A DNA stretch of 27,873 bases from positions 1 to 27,873 of IMG/VR virus record IMGVR_UViG_3300025251_000061. One strand, written 5' to 3'. A program made the position numbers and the translations under genes. Positions within the stretch are counted from its first letter, which is position 1. Each line of letters opens with the position of its first letter. Origin of the DNA: a virus (Duplodnaviria; Caudoviricetes). Shown piece by piece: positions 17,961-27,821 of the stretch. The notes under the pieces are model-generated. The model ran no database searches. It had not been told where the DNA came from and saw only the letters and a program-made list of their open reading frames with translations.

Positions 17961-18224
17961 TCAGCGCTTACCTAAAGCCCACCATGTACCGTCAAGACCT
18001 GCTGCGGTAACTAATGTAAGTGTTGAGTTGACCGCTATGTCAATCTCAGTATCAGTCAGACCCGCAGCACTACCATTCGCACCGGCGGCTACAGCCTTTG
18101 AGAGATGAGTAGCCAACGCTATATCTCCACCGGTTGTTACACCAGTATTCGTAAATGTTCCAGTCATGAGCAACAAATTGCCCAGTACGCTCGGTCGTTC
18201 GTCTATTGTAAATGTAAATACCAT
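17961..18224 (-). CDS. Small beta-rich virion (possible head decoration) protein, 87 aa
   Basis: TAATG overlap with the upstream gene, RBS GAGGTGA, Gly/Ala/Thr-rich, and located in the post-capsid cluster. Confidence 0.7.
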   Translation of the reverse strand: MVFTFTIDERPSVLGNLLLMTGTFTNTGVTTGGDIALATHLSKAVAAGANGSAAGLTDTEIDIAVNSTLTLVTAAGLDGTWWALGKR

Positions 18225-18661
18225 TATTCAGTCACCTCAGCCTCTTGTAGGTCTGCTTCGCCCTCTACGAGGGCGGTCTCATTCATAACCTCTTCTGTTA
18301 AAACAACCTCTTCGGTCTCTTCCGCGACCTCTTCTGTTTCTTCTTCTGAACTTATACCGAGTGTATCGCGCACGCTACTCAAGAGTTGTGCTTTAGTCAA
18401 GCCCGCGCGCACTCTTACATCATGTAGAGTAAGCCAATCATAGAGTTGTTGCCGCGTCCATTTTGTGTCCGGTTGTCCATCACCGTCTAAATCTACTAAC
18501 TCATTCGCGTCACTTCCCACGACAAAGTCGGGGTCGTTAGTAATTTTACGGCGGTTAGACTCAAGCCATTCTTGGGTAACCTCTTGTGAGATACCACGAG
18601 TGAATGTCCCGAAGGCTGCGCGCTTAGTGGGCCAACGCCCACGATATGTTACGGTTGGCAT
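18224..18661 (-). CDS. Protein with HeH/LEM/SAP-like motif and acidic tail, 145 aa
   Basis: WTRQQLYDWLTLHDVRVRAGLTKAQLL resembles helix-extended-helix motifs common downstream of phage capsid genes. Confidence 0.7.
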   Translation of the reverse strand: MPTVTYRGRWPTKRAAFGTFTRGISQEVTQEWLESNRRKITNDPDFVVGSDANELVDLDGDGQPDTKWTRQQLYDWLTLHDVRVRAGLTKAQLLSSVRDTLGISSEEETEEVAEETEEVVLTEEVMNETALVEGEADLQEAEVTE

Positions 18662-18670
18662 TTAACCACC

Positions 18671-19114
18671 TTAACCGCATATCATCCAAATCTGTGTAGC
18701 AGCGACTGTTACATCACTGATACCGCCCGGATAAGTAAGGGTCAAAGTGTTATTGACTCCGGTAGTACCGGTGTCGCTAAGTGCGCCTCGCACACCACCA
18801 CCGAGACCGGTAGTACTGTGGTCTAATGTACCTGCACTGCCGAGCATGTAAGCCACGATTTGTGTTGCTTCGCCCGATACTTGTAGAGAGATTGCTGCTG
18901 CCTTATAGTTAGCAGCAGCCAATTCTCCACAAAGTAGTTTCAAGCCCGCTACATTTGTTCTGTCAGTCTGCGCCGGTTCAAATGCAGTCAATGCACCCGG
19001 ATAATCGCTACCTTGCCACAGTGTGCCATCTTCCGGTGACCCTGCGTATAGGTCTAATTCAAGACTGACGGTAAAACCAGTCGCCCCTGCTCCTCTTGTT
19101 ATTGTTATTGCCAT
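18671..19114 (-). CDS. Putative capsid decoration/minor head protein, 147 aa
   Basis: First gene after the MCP and Gly/Ala/Thr-rich. Function is inferred from synteny only. Confidence 0.6.
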   Translation of the reverse strand: MAITITRGAGATGFTVSLELDLYAGSPEDGTLWQGSDYPGALTAFEPAQTDRTNVAGLKLLCGELAAANYKAAAISLQVSGEATQIVAYMLGSAGTLDHSTTGLGGGVRGALSDTGTTGVNNTLTLTYPGGISDVTVAATQIWMICG

Positions 19115-19150
19115 AATTAATCAACTCCTATTTCTCCTATGTCTCCAACC

Positions 19151-20284
19151 TCATGTAAGGTCACGAATACTCCCTTGTGCTCCAAAGAAAGAACACCACA
19201 TTTCGCCCATCGTTCTATACAATCCTTCCTGTCCGAGGCGGTTGATAGCGAACGGGTCGCCAGTTTCAATTCCGCTCTCAAAGTACTGAGTCGGTATCGC
19301 TGTTTGGAACCATAGGTAGTCTGTATCAAGATAATAGATACGACTACTACCGTCTGCTGTAACATCTTTGCTTGGGATGATTGGCACACCGTTGTAGGTA
19401 GCCACGATGAATCCGGCTTCTATACCGGGTACACCTTTCACACCGCTGTATGATGGAGTAACTCTCTTTGTTTCCATGAATCGCTGTTGGGTCTGTAATA
19501 ACTGCTGGATATTCATTAGTGTATCATAGCCAGTTAGGATAACCTTTGGATTACCACCACGAGTCCATACTTGCTGGAAGATGGTGTCAAGGAAATCAAG
19601 ACTTAGCGCGCGGTTGGTGCTTGTTGCATCAACGCTAACTTCTGCACTGTGGAAATCTGCGGTACCGTTACGAGTAATTGAATACATATCGTGGTCGGTA
19701 AGAGCGCTTACATGCACACCGGCAGTCATATTGTCCGGGTCTGATGTAATTCGGTCAAGTGATTCAAAGTCGTTTGCTGCTGGTGTATCAACATCAGTTG
19801 TTAGCATTCGGTTGATATGGTCTGCGTGATGCTTACCCATCTCTTCCTTCAATACTTGTCGGACATCGCCCATTCCGTCATCCTTGTCGGATAGGAACAT
19901 AGCAACCTCTGATAGGTCAAAGGTGTGCGCGACAGTCTTCGGCTTTGCAGCCACATGTAGGAAATCGGGTTTGGTAGTCTCCGGTAGGGTTGCGTTTTCA
20001 GCAACACCGCCGCCCTTAGTGAAGGACGCCTTAGAGGTAATGATTCTCCAACCACTCTTTTCCCACGGTTTCTTAGGTAGAATACTAAACGCATTGAACT
20101 CTTGGTTCAACTGAGACCAAACCTTTCGGCCGTAAATTGCTTGGTAAGAACCAGCAGTAGTACTCATTAGCGGTGCATCCGCTTTGAGTATATCCCCGCT
20201 ACTGTATGTATATCCAGTTAGCGCTGTTCCACCGTAGTAATACCGTTCCATGTCTTGAATTGTGCGTACATAATCTCTTGCCAT
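19151..20284 (-). CDS. Major capsid protein (HK97 fold), 377 aa
   Basis: Follows the protease and has a perfect RBS. HK97-like segments include GVAENATLPET, KPKTVAHTFDLSE, FESLDRI and ATYNGVPIIPS. Confidence 0.9.
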   Translation of the reverse strand: MARDYVRTIQDMERYYYGGTALTGYTYSSGDILKADAPLMSTTAGSYQAIYGRKVWSQLNQEFNAFSILPKKPWEKSGWRIITSKASFTKGGGVAENATLPETTKPDFLHVAAKPKTVAHTFDLSEVAMFLSDKDDGMGDVRQVLKEEMGKHHADHINRMLTTDVDTPAANDFESLDRITSDPDNMTAGVHVSALTDHDMYSITRNGTADFHSAEVSVDATSTNRALSLDFLDTIFQQVWTRGGNPKVILTGYDTLMNIQQLLQTQQRFMETKRVTPSYSGVKGVPGIEAGFIVATYNGVPIIPSKDVTADGSSRIYYLDTDYLWFQTAIPTQYFESGIETGDPFAINRLGQEGLYRTMGEMWCSFFGAQGSIRDLT

Positions 20285-20286
20285 AC

Positions 20287-21693
20287 TTATTCACCTCCTC
20301 GTAGTGCGCCAGCAGCGAGTCTGTGGACATCATCCCAACTCATATCTGCAAGTGCGTCACTTGAAGGAACTTCAACAAGAGCGCGGGATGCACTCTTAGT
20401 AATTGTCTCACCGGCTTCGCCGCTGGACAGGTTGTTAATACGCTCATTTAGCGCGATAACTGCTTTTTGTATGTCTTCTAATGGCTTACGAGAGTCAAAT
20501 GACTGTCGTGCTTCCTCATTAGATTTCTGAGTCATCTCGGAAGTGTAGCGTTCATCAAACGCGCCACCGAGTTCTCCTTTGAACTCTTGTTCCGCGCGTG
20601 CTGCCTTGTAGACTGCATAAGCCTCTTCAAGTTGCGCGCCGCTGACATTCTCCTTGATTACGAACTTGCTACCAGTAGGTGCTGGGTCTGCGCTTGCGCG
20701 GATTGCGAACTTGTTGCCGCTTCCACCGCTACCGAAATCCATCTTTGGACGCTTTTTGGAATCTTCCTCACCTGCGCCTTCAAGAGAACCTTGTCCGCGA
20801 TGGTCAAAGCCGGATTCTCCGGGGCCGTAGCCCTTTTCAAACTGACTTCGCGCCTTGTTAGTGTCATAGCCAGCGCCTTTCACGGTGCTCTCTAACCACT
20901 GCAAGTACTCGGTGCTGATAACATCATCAAATCCTTTTTCAACTTCTTCATCAGAATAAGCCATCTTTTCTTTGTCATCCCCCCCATCATCGCTGTCTTT
21001 CTTTTCGTCTTTCTTTTCGTCTTTCTTCTTGTCGTCTTTGCTGTCCTTCTTGTCGCCGAACGGGAACCCACCCTTGTCGTCTCCATCAGACTCAGCATCG
21101 TCAAGTTTCTTTGACAATCGTTCCAATACATCATGTAACTGTGTTACTACTTCTGTTTCTGTCATTTTTTCATCGTCCTGTTTTAGTATTCTGAATTGTG
21201 CTTCCGGGTTTATTCCTTTCTCGCATATTGTTACTTCATGCAACTCCATGCGCCGGATTTCCCGGTAACTGCCTCGCTCCTTGCTGCTTTTGCTGACTCG
21301 CTCAAATGCTTGTCCGCCGATACTGAAAGACTTAAGATTGCCTTTTCGCACCTCGGATGCAACTTCGCGAGCCTTTTCAATGTCATTCCGTAGTCTAATG
21401 ACAACGAACATGCCGCTGTCGTCAACTTCGGATTTCCATAAGCGCCCGGAGGAATCTGTGTATTCGGGGACAACTTCCCCGACTTGTATATTGGAGTGCG
21501 CGAGTTGTACATTTCTGCATTGTGCGTTATCCATGAACTTGTGGAACGCTTCATTAAGCGCGCCTGTGGTAATGAGGTCTCCTTGTTTATCAACGAGTTC
21601 AACGCTTGCGTATCCGGCGACAATGAGGTCATCTCCAATCCCCTTAATGAGGAGGGGTGATGATTGGCTTGATAGGACTGCACTCGCGACCAC
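20287..21693 (-). CDS. Prohead maturation protease (HK97 gp4-like) fused to C-terminal scaffold, 468 aa
   Basis: IVAGYASVELVDKQGDLI, AHSN (His), KSFSIGG (Ser) and LHEVTICEKGINPEA motifs, followed by a charged coiled-coil-like region. RBS GGGGTGA. Confidence 0.9.
   Translation of the reverse strand: MVASAVLSSQSSPLLIKGIGDDLIVAGYASVELVDKQGDLITTGALNEAFHKFMDNAQCRNVQLAHSNIQVGEVVPEYTDSSGRLWKSEVDDSGMFVVIRLRNDIEKAREVASEVRKGNLKSFSIGGQAFERVSKSSKERGSYREIRRMELHEVTICEKGINPEAQFRILKQDDEKMTETEVVTQLHDVLERLSKKLDDAESDGDDKGGFPFGDKKDSKDDKKKDEKKDEKKDSDDGGDDKEKMAYSDEEVEKGFDDVISTEYLQWLESTVKGAGYDTNKARSQFEKGYGPGESGFDHRGQGSLEGAGEEDSKKRPKMDFGSGGSGNKFAIRASADPAPTGSKFVIKENVSGAQLEEAYAVYKAARAEQEFKGELGGAFDERYTSEMTQKSNEEARQSFDSRKPLEDIQKAVIALNERINNLSSGEAGETITKSASRALVEVPSSDALADMSWDDVHRLAAGALRGGE
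20291..20298 (-). promoter_or_regulatory. Shine-Dalgarno site GGAGGTGA of the capsid gene
   Basis: GAGGAGGTGA-ATAAGT-ATG. Similar GGTGA motifs precede most genes in the operon. Confidence 0.8.
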
Positions 21694-21721
21694 TGGCTCA
21701 CCCCACGCGAAGTTATGGTAT

Positions 21722-24700
21722 TTAATCCGCGCGCAACTCTAACACTGCCTCTTCATCGGTGATACTAAGCCTCGCTTTTTCACCTTCTTCTGTTGTAATA
21801 CTGCTGTTTTTCTTTGATTTGCTACCGGATTCGGGGGTTTTCTCCTTCTCGCGTCCATCGGGATAGAAGTCGGGAAGCGTCTCGGGGCGCGTTAATTCGG
21901 TCGGACCGCGTGGCGCAGCATCTTCTGTGCCAAGACCGACTGCGAGACCCTTCGGTCCTGTCCAAGTCATCTTCTCTTTCGCGAGTAATTCTTCTAAAAC
22001 GAGTAGCGCCTTGACGATGACGGGGTCTTTCAGTAACTGATTCGGCATAATTTTCTTCGGTTTTTTGTCTTCCGGCCGCGGGTCGGGTGTAACCTCCGCT
22101 TTCTTCTTACGCTTTTTGTCGTGCATGTATTCACGCGGGTCATAATCTATCTTAGCCACACCTTTCAGCATCAACGCGGCGAGTGGTTCCCAACATGGGC
22201 GTAGTGTTTCTGCTACGCGTACGGGGTAATCGCCCTGTAATGACTCTCCTTTACCTATTCTCCACACATCAAGTAACACACCTGTCTCATTTTCCAGTCG
22301 GCGGGCTTTGTAAATCACATCATCATCAATAGTGGGTAGCGATACTATGACTTTGACACCCTCAACAGCCACGCTATGCGGTATGTGAGGGATTCCCGAC
22401 TTAGTGAGCATACCGAGAGTGGCTATACTATCAGTCGCTTTAGATTCAGCCGCTCCTTGTAATTTTGCGCCGTGCAAAGCATACACCGATTCGCCGCCGC
22501 GCTCCCTACGGGAGACGCTACCAACGCTCACAGTAGCGAAGTCACCTTCGTCAAACGAACCATCACCGCTCGCTGTTCCAATATCCATGTACTGCTTACC
22601 ATCAACTTTAGCCGCGCGATTACCGAGTTTTTCAGCAATTTCGTCACTAACCGGCCCTATCCCGAGCCTATACACAGGGTTGTTTTGCCCCCGCTGTCCG
22701 AGAATAATCACACTGACGCGCTTCTCATCATCAAGTAGTACCCATTTCGGATGACGCGCTTCGCCCTCCATGTAAGTTGATTCGGAGTCGCGGAGCATGA
22801 TACGCCCGCCTTCTATTTCCTTCACCGATTCAGCGAGACCTTCGTCATCCGTCTGCCGCGTGTTAATCGGCTGTGGTGTTTTCACCTTCTCATTAGCCTC
22901 AAAACTACCACGGAGCGCACGCATTCGGTGTTTTAGCATCTCTTCGGTGACATCTTCTGTAGCGACTCGTAACAAGTCAACGATATGCAAAACCTTACCG
23001 TCATAGATTGCATCTACCACGAAGTTCTTTTCGTTAATCTCTTTCACTGATTCTTCTAACTCATCAGAAATTGTCGCCCCTGTGACTTTGACATCGTCAT
23101 CATCGCGCTCAATTATCACTCGCTGGCCTTCGGGCCACGAGTTCACTATCCATTCCCCACTGAACCCGCGCAGGTCTTCTAAGTCTGAGAGGTCAAAAAT
23201 GCGGTGAGCGGCTTTTATCGGTGAGGCGTCTCCCTTTTCTCTCTCCTCGTCTTCCTCTTTAAGAATATCAAGGAAAGTCAGACGCTCAAGCGGCTCACCG
23301 CGCCGGAATCTTTCGTTTATCTTAGTAGGTTTGGTGTTTCTTCTGCCTAAGTGCGACAACTGTGGTTTTGTATCGGCGGTATCAATGTCAAAGTAATCCC
23401 CCATTTCCGCCATTTTGTTTGCAGCGAAATCCATAGGCATAATCCCTTCGTTAATAATTCGCATGAGAGAGATGGGTGGTAAAGCCAAATCCGATATTTT
23501 AGGTTGGCTAACATTTTCCAAAAAGACAGGCTCACCAGTTCTCTTATCGTAATCAACAGTGAACGGAGGTTTGGTTGGATAACCATGATGTCTTTTTATG
23601 GCGGGCGATGTGTATAAAGGCATAATAGTCTGTGTCCCAGCGTTCATTCGCCCCAACGGTTGTGGTCTAAATACTGTGTCATTTTCGCTCCCACCTTCGC
23701 TTTTATTCTGGAGAGGTTGCCCGAGGTACCGTGATAATTTACCAATTATATCATCGGCTTTCCCTTGTGACTTTCTTCGCGCGCTTTTGCCACCAGCGGA
23801 ACCCTTCGCGCCTTTTGTGCCGGCTTCCCAGTTAGTATTTTTAGTCAATTCATGTCTGAACTTTTTGTACATTCTGTCCATTAACTCTGCTTCGGTGCTT
23901 GCCGGCCATTTGTAAGGTGTTGCTTTGCCGTGAATACTACCACTCTGTTTAGCGAATCGGTCAGACAACGATTGAGCAATCTCTTCGGGGTGATTTTTCA
24001 GCATAGTGTTTATAGAAGAATCGTCAAGGTCGTCCATAAAACTCGTGACCCAATTGTGTCGTCTCTTTCGGTCCTTTTCACCGGCTTTCCCTACAACAGC
24101 ACCCGCGGGGTTCTTTGATTTCCATTCCGGGTGTTGCGTGGCTTTGACTCTCGCGATAGCGTGTTTGATAATATCGCGCATGTGCTCTTCGTCAGTTGTA
24201 GGTCCTGTCGGCTCTGCCCCTGCTACTGGTGGTAGAGCAGCGTCCTCGTTGAAAACTCTACTATACGGGTCAAGCCATTCATGGAATAGATGCAACATAC
24301 TCGGGTTACCTTTCTGCTTAAAATCTTGGATTCTGTCATGTAAGGCTTCGTCATTAGGCTTCACCCCTTCATTGGCTATTGATAAAGGCAGGTCATGGTG
24401 ACTCATGATATTTCCATTCTCATCACCAATACCGAGTTTTTTATTCATCTCGGGTGTTTGGTGATTAGCGACATAGCGCTCAGCCGCTTCCACAAGAGCC
24501 ATTATCGCGGGTGTAGCGGCATTCCAATCTTCTTCTCCTTGATTATCTGTAGTACTATCAAATAGACCTCCCCCTAAGTGTTTCTCTGCAAGTTCTTTGA
24601 ACACTGGTAATACCGCTTCAATAGCCGCGTGCGTATTATTACAATCTTCTGCTATTTGCGCTACTCTCCTTCGGTGTGGAGATTGAGAAGACTTATTATC

Positions 24701-27700
24701 AGCCGTCTCTAAGGGGACGAGGGGCGTGTGTCTATCCCTCAAATCATTCACGATTTGTCGTTGACGCTCAATGGCATTATTCAAACCATCTATATTTCGT
24801 TTGGGGCCTTTCTCTTTTTTCGCTTTATCCGCGGTTTCAATAGCCGCCGGTAATCCCTCTAAAAGGTCAAGGAAGTATTCTGCCATATCAACAGGGTGCT
24901 CTCGTGACATAAAGGCCCTGTTCCCGTTCTGTAAAGGGAATGAAAAGTTTGAGCCGTCCACCGCGTCAGCATTAGGCTTCTGTCCCGGCCCCCCTGTCAA
25001 ACTATGGATATTCACTTTTGCCGCGCTGGGGTCATCTGAAAGGATATTATGCGTGTTCGCTAATTGCTCAGCGGACATGTGCTGAGGCACACTTTGGGGG
25101 ACATTAGGACCAAAGTCTCCGTGTTCTAACAAATACTGTGACGCCTCTTCTCTATCCAAATTAATACGCGGCTCTCCTTCATGGTCGTCTGCTATGAACG
25201 CGTCCGGGTTAAAAATCGGCATCTCTTCTTTACCCGAAGTGTCAATCATACCACCAGCGACATTATCATAATGCGATAAAAGGGAACTTAGGGAATGTTG
25301 GTCATAATCTCCCTTTGGTTCAACCGAGTAAAACGAATACCCACCCCCTAAATCATCATCTTCGGGAGACAATAACTTATCACTCAAATCTCCATACCGT
25401 GTTTTGTCTCCCGCTTCACGCGAAAAACCCATTTCTCTCATCCATCTACCAATCTGTTCTTCGTTCTGCTCACCGGTAGGGTGGTCTTTATCCACACCCG
25501 GCAGCCAACCATTATCCCAATACCCATGCGTAGTTATCAGTTTATCTAATCCGTCTGTTGGTATCATGTGGGTTGATTCACCTTCCGAACCTAATGGCCG
25601 GTCGTGTCTATCAGCCGGCCGAGCAAGCCCACAAAGGGCCGCTATCAAATCTGTGGTTTGTGGCATCACGAATTGAGATTTCATAGATGTAGGATTACCA
25701 TGATAAGTGGGGAGTTTTTTCCCTTTTTTGGCGACAAATCCCGGGGTGAGGGTATTCATATTTGGTGAGCGCCATTTTACATTACTCGGGTTCAAATGAG
25801 ACTGTGTAGCACTTCTATTAAACTCACCTGTGCGCGCATATCCGAACATAGATTGCATCTCGTCATGGGGCACAATAGGTTTATCGTACGCCCCCTCGGG
25901 ACCTCCCGCTTGCGCGAAACGCTCAATTTCTTTCGGCCAAGCCAACATAGCCTCTTGTCGTGTCAAACCTTCTTCGCTCTTTGTATCAAACCACTGCTCG
26001 TTCGGTTCCATTAACATTTTATCAACCGGGCCTGTAAATACACCGGGGTACATTTGGTGGACACCGTGCAAATACGCATTCTCGTCCAACCCCATACCTC
26101 CACCATCCATATCAAACATGTGAGAGAATGACGGAGTACCGTCAGCGTTTAGACCACCTATTGCTGGAGCACCGACCTGTCTTATCGCGGCGCCACCAAC
26201 TAAATCTTGCTGGTGTTTTTCCGCTACCCCTTCGTTAAACAATTGGTCTCTAACACTCTCGTCTAACCAACCGTTCTCTACATATTGGTCTATGACTTGA
26301 GGAGTAAGGTGGCTTTCTTCCTCTTGACCCTTTTGGCCGCCCCATATCGCCATACCTTCATCACTAATCTCACCAGTAGGTAAATTGAGACCACTAAGCA
26401 TGTGCTCGTACTCATCCATAAGATTTTCTTCACCTAACGCGTTGCGCATAATATGATGTCTCGCGCTCATTGAGCCTTCTTCTTCGTCCCCATAATGTGA
26501 AAATACTCCATCGTGCTCAGTGACATGCAACCTGTCAAGCGCGTTCCCGATAGCCTCGCTACCGGCCCCTTCCCCAACATCGCGTAATTTCACTTCATTA
26601 TTATCAGCCCAATTAACTATCGCGCCCGGTATGTAAGGAAACGCTCGTGTTTTTTGGTGTACTCGTGGACCTCTTACCATACCTTTCTGTCGTTTTAGGA
26701 AAGGTAGCCAATGCTCCCATCCATGAAAATCAAGATTATCAAAATCTTCTCTCGCTTCCTCATTATGAGGAGCGCCGTTCAATAACCAGCGCATGACATG
26801 GAGTCTTTCTTGTGGCTCCAACATCTCTAAGCCGTAGAGGTGAGACATAAAACCGAGTCGCGCGTTAGGGTTCCTCACACCTTCCTCCGACATTTTTTCT
26901 GCCAATCCGCTTTCGTTATGTCTACCTGTCTCCTCATCAAGCAACTTGTCGGGATTATACCCTTCCCACTCAAGCAATTTGTGAGCCATAAACATCTGCC
27001 GGTACTCATCATCACCATCTTCGGGTTTTTCCCAGCCGTTTTCGTCCGCGTTATTCTGCCAGCGGTCTAACCACTTATTGAATCCGCGCTCATACAACGA
27101 AGAGAGCGATACTTGGCCTGTATGTTTTCCAAAATTACTATCGCTATTATGCGGATAATCAGCGTATTTTGATTCATGAGCATCAAGCCCTTCATCAAAC
27201 TCTCGTGCGCCGGAACCATCACGATACAAATAACGGTATGTCTGATGAACGGGAGCGGACGGGAGCAACGAGTGCTTGTTCTCAAACAGGCCAATATCCA
27301 TCATAGGGTGCCTGTCGGGTCGGACAGCGTCAGACCCCGGTGCTCTACGCATATCTCCTTCTGTTGCGGGAGCGGTCTCCATTCTCCCCGATGCCATTTT
27401 CCAAAGCATTATGGTTTGTTTATGCACCTTCTCTTTTCTCACCGCTTCTGAATCACCTTCGTCAATTTGCGCGTCTTCCCATTCCCCTGCTGATATGATT
27501 TCTTTGAGGTCACTATGGGGTTCACGCGGTAATGTACCTTGATTGGCAGGGGGGTGGGCTACCATTTTAGGTGAATAATCATATAATTCACGAACAGGTT
27601 TTATGCCACCTAAATCAGTCTGTTTTAGTATCCCTCTCGCGGATTTTACCAACAAAAGGTCATTAGTATCAATCGGTACATTTCTCCTGTAAGCGTCAAG

Positions 27701-27805
27701 CGCTGCGAACATAAAATCGGCAGCGTCATCGGCATCGGCATCGGGTAAGCATTTGAAGAACTCGTAACGAGAGCGCGCCCAAAATCGTTCTGCCGACTCT
27801 CTCAT
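21722..27805 (-). CDS. Giant acidic protein (about 2027 aa) with C-terminal degenerate ATP-dependent DNA ligase-like NTase and OB domains
   Basis: The likely start is ATG 27805 (MRESAERF), after a purine-rich RBS and the upstream stop. Ligase-like motifs appear in order at about 23220-22400: WIVNSWPEGQR, FVVDAI, LHIVDLL, RIMLRDSESTYMEGEARHPKWVLL, then VSVIILG...YRLGIGP...IGT. Confidence 0.8.
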   Translation of the reverse strand: MRESAERFWARSRYEFFKCLPDADADDAADFMFAALDAYRRNVPIDTNDLLLVKSARGILKQTDLGGIKPVRELYDYSPKMVAHPPANQGTLPREPHSDLKEIISAGEWEDAQIDEGDSEAVRKEKVHKQTIMLWKMASGRMETAPATEGDMRRAPGSDAVRPDRHPMMDIGLFENKHSLLPSAPVHQTYRYLYRDGSGAREFDEGLDAHESKYADYPHNSDSNFGKHTGQVSLSSLYERGFNKWLDRWQNNADENGWEKPEDGDDEYRQMFMAHKLLEWEGYNPDKLLDEETGRHNESGLAEKMSEEGVRNPNARLGFMSHLYGLEMLEPQERLHVMRWLLNGAPHNEEAREDFDNLDFHGWEHWLPFLKRQKGMVRGPRVHQKTRAFPYIPGAIVNWADNNEVKLRDVGEGAGSEAIGNALDRLHVTEHDGVFSHYGDEEEGSMSARHHIMRNALGEENLMDEYEHMLSGLNLPTGEISDEGMAIWGGQKGQEEESHLTPQVIDQYVENGWLDESVRDQLFNEGVAEKHQQDLVGGAAIRQVGAPAIGGLNADGTPSFSHMFDMDGGGMGLDENAYLHGVHQMYPGVFTGPVDKMLMEPNEQWFDTKSEEGLTRQEAMLAWPKEIERFAQAGGPEGAYDKPIVPHDEMQSMFGYARTGEFNRSATQSHLNPSNVKWRSPNMNTLTPGFVAKKGKKLPTYHGNPTSMKSQFVMPQTTDLIAALCGLARPADRHDRPLGSEGESTHMIPTDGLDKLITTHGYWDNGWLPGVDKDHPTGEQNEEQIGRWMREMGFSREAGDKTRYGDLSDKLLSPEDDDLGGGYSFYSVEPKGDYDQHSLSSLLSHYDNVAGGMIDTSGKEEMPIFNPDAFIADDHEGEPRINLDREEASQYLLEHGDFGPNVPQSVPQHMSAEQLANTHNILSDDPSAAKVNIHSLTGGPGQKPNADAVDGSNFSFPLQNGNRAFMSREHPVDMAEYFLDLLEGLPAAIETADKAKKEKGPKRNIDGLNNAIERQRQIVNDLRDRHTPLVPLETADNKSSQSPHRRRVAQIAEDCNNTHAAIEAVLPVFKELAEKHLGGGLFDSTTDNQGEEDWNAATPAIMALVEAAERYVANHQTPEMNKKLGIGDENGNIMSHHDLPLSIANEGVKPNDEALHDRIQDFKQKGNPSMLHLFHEWLDPYSRVFNEDAALPPVAGAEPTGPTTDEEHMRDIIKHAIARVKATQHPEWKSKNPAGAVVGKAGEKDRKRRHNWVTSFMDDLDDSSINTMLKNHPEEIAQSLSDRFAKQSGSIHGKATPYKWPASTEAELMDRMYKKFRHELTKNTNWEAGTKGAKGSAGGKSARRKSQGKADDIIGKLSRYLGQPLQNKSEGGSENDTVFRPQPLGRMNAGTQTIMPLYTSPAIKRHHGYPTKPPFTVDYDKRTGEPVFLENVSQPKISDLALPPISLMRIINEGIMPMDFAANKMAEMGDYFDIDTADTKPQLSHLGRRNTKPTKINERFRRGEPLERLTFLDILKEEDEEREKGDASPIKAAHRIFDLSDLEDLRGFSGEWIVNSWPEGQRVIIERDDDDVKVTGATISDELEESVKEINEKNFVVDAIYDGKVLHIVDLLRVATEDVTEEMLKHRMRALRGSFEANEKVKTPQPINTRQTDDEGLAESVKEIEGGRIMLRDSESTYMEGEARHPKWVLLDDEKRVSVIILGQRGQNNPVYRLGIGPVSDEIAEKLGNRAAKVDGKQYMDIGTASGDGSFDEGDFATVSVGSVSRRERGGESVYALHGAKLQGAAESKATDSIATLGMLTKSGIPHIPHSVAVEGVKVIVSLPTIDDDVIYKARRLENETGVLLDVWRIGKGESLQGDYPVRVAETLRPCWEPLAALMLKGVAKIDYDPREYMHDKKRKKKAEVTPDPRPEDKKPKKIMPNQLLKDPVIVKALLVLEELLAKEKMTWTGPKGLAVGLGTEDAAPRGPTELTRPETLPDFYPDGREKEKTPESGSKSKKNSSITTEEGEKARLSITDEEAVLELRAD

Positions 27806-27821
27806 TCCTCTCCCCCCGCTA

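Noticed and set aside
19115-19150. ATAGGAG duplication after the capsid stop; possible readthrough
   Set aside because: Readthrough meets another TGA after 9 codons. The repeat is only 7 bp and RBS-like.
15745-20300. Shared RGGE/RRGE C-termini as a protein motif
   Set aside because: They are a by-product of encoding the next gene's GGAGGTGA RBS.
20960-21060. D/K-rich repeats (DEKKDEKK) in the protease-scaffold
   Set aside because: Ordinary low-complexity scaffold linker.
67-27542. Many plus-strand ORFs and short alternative-frame minus-strand ORFs in the track
   Set aside because: They are shadows of long minus-strand genes and show no recognisable motifs; the minus strand is already almost fully tiled.
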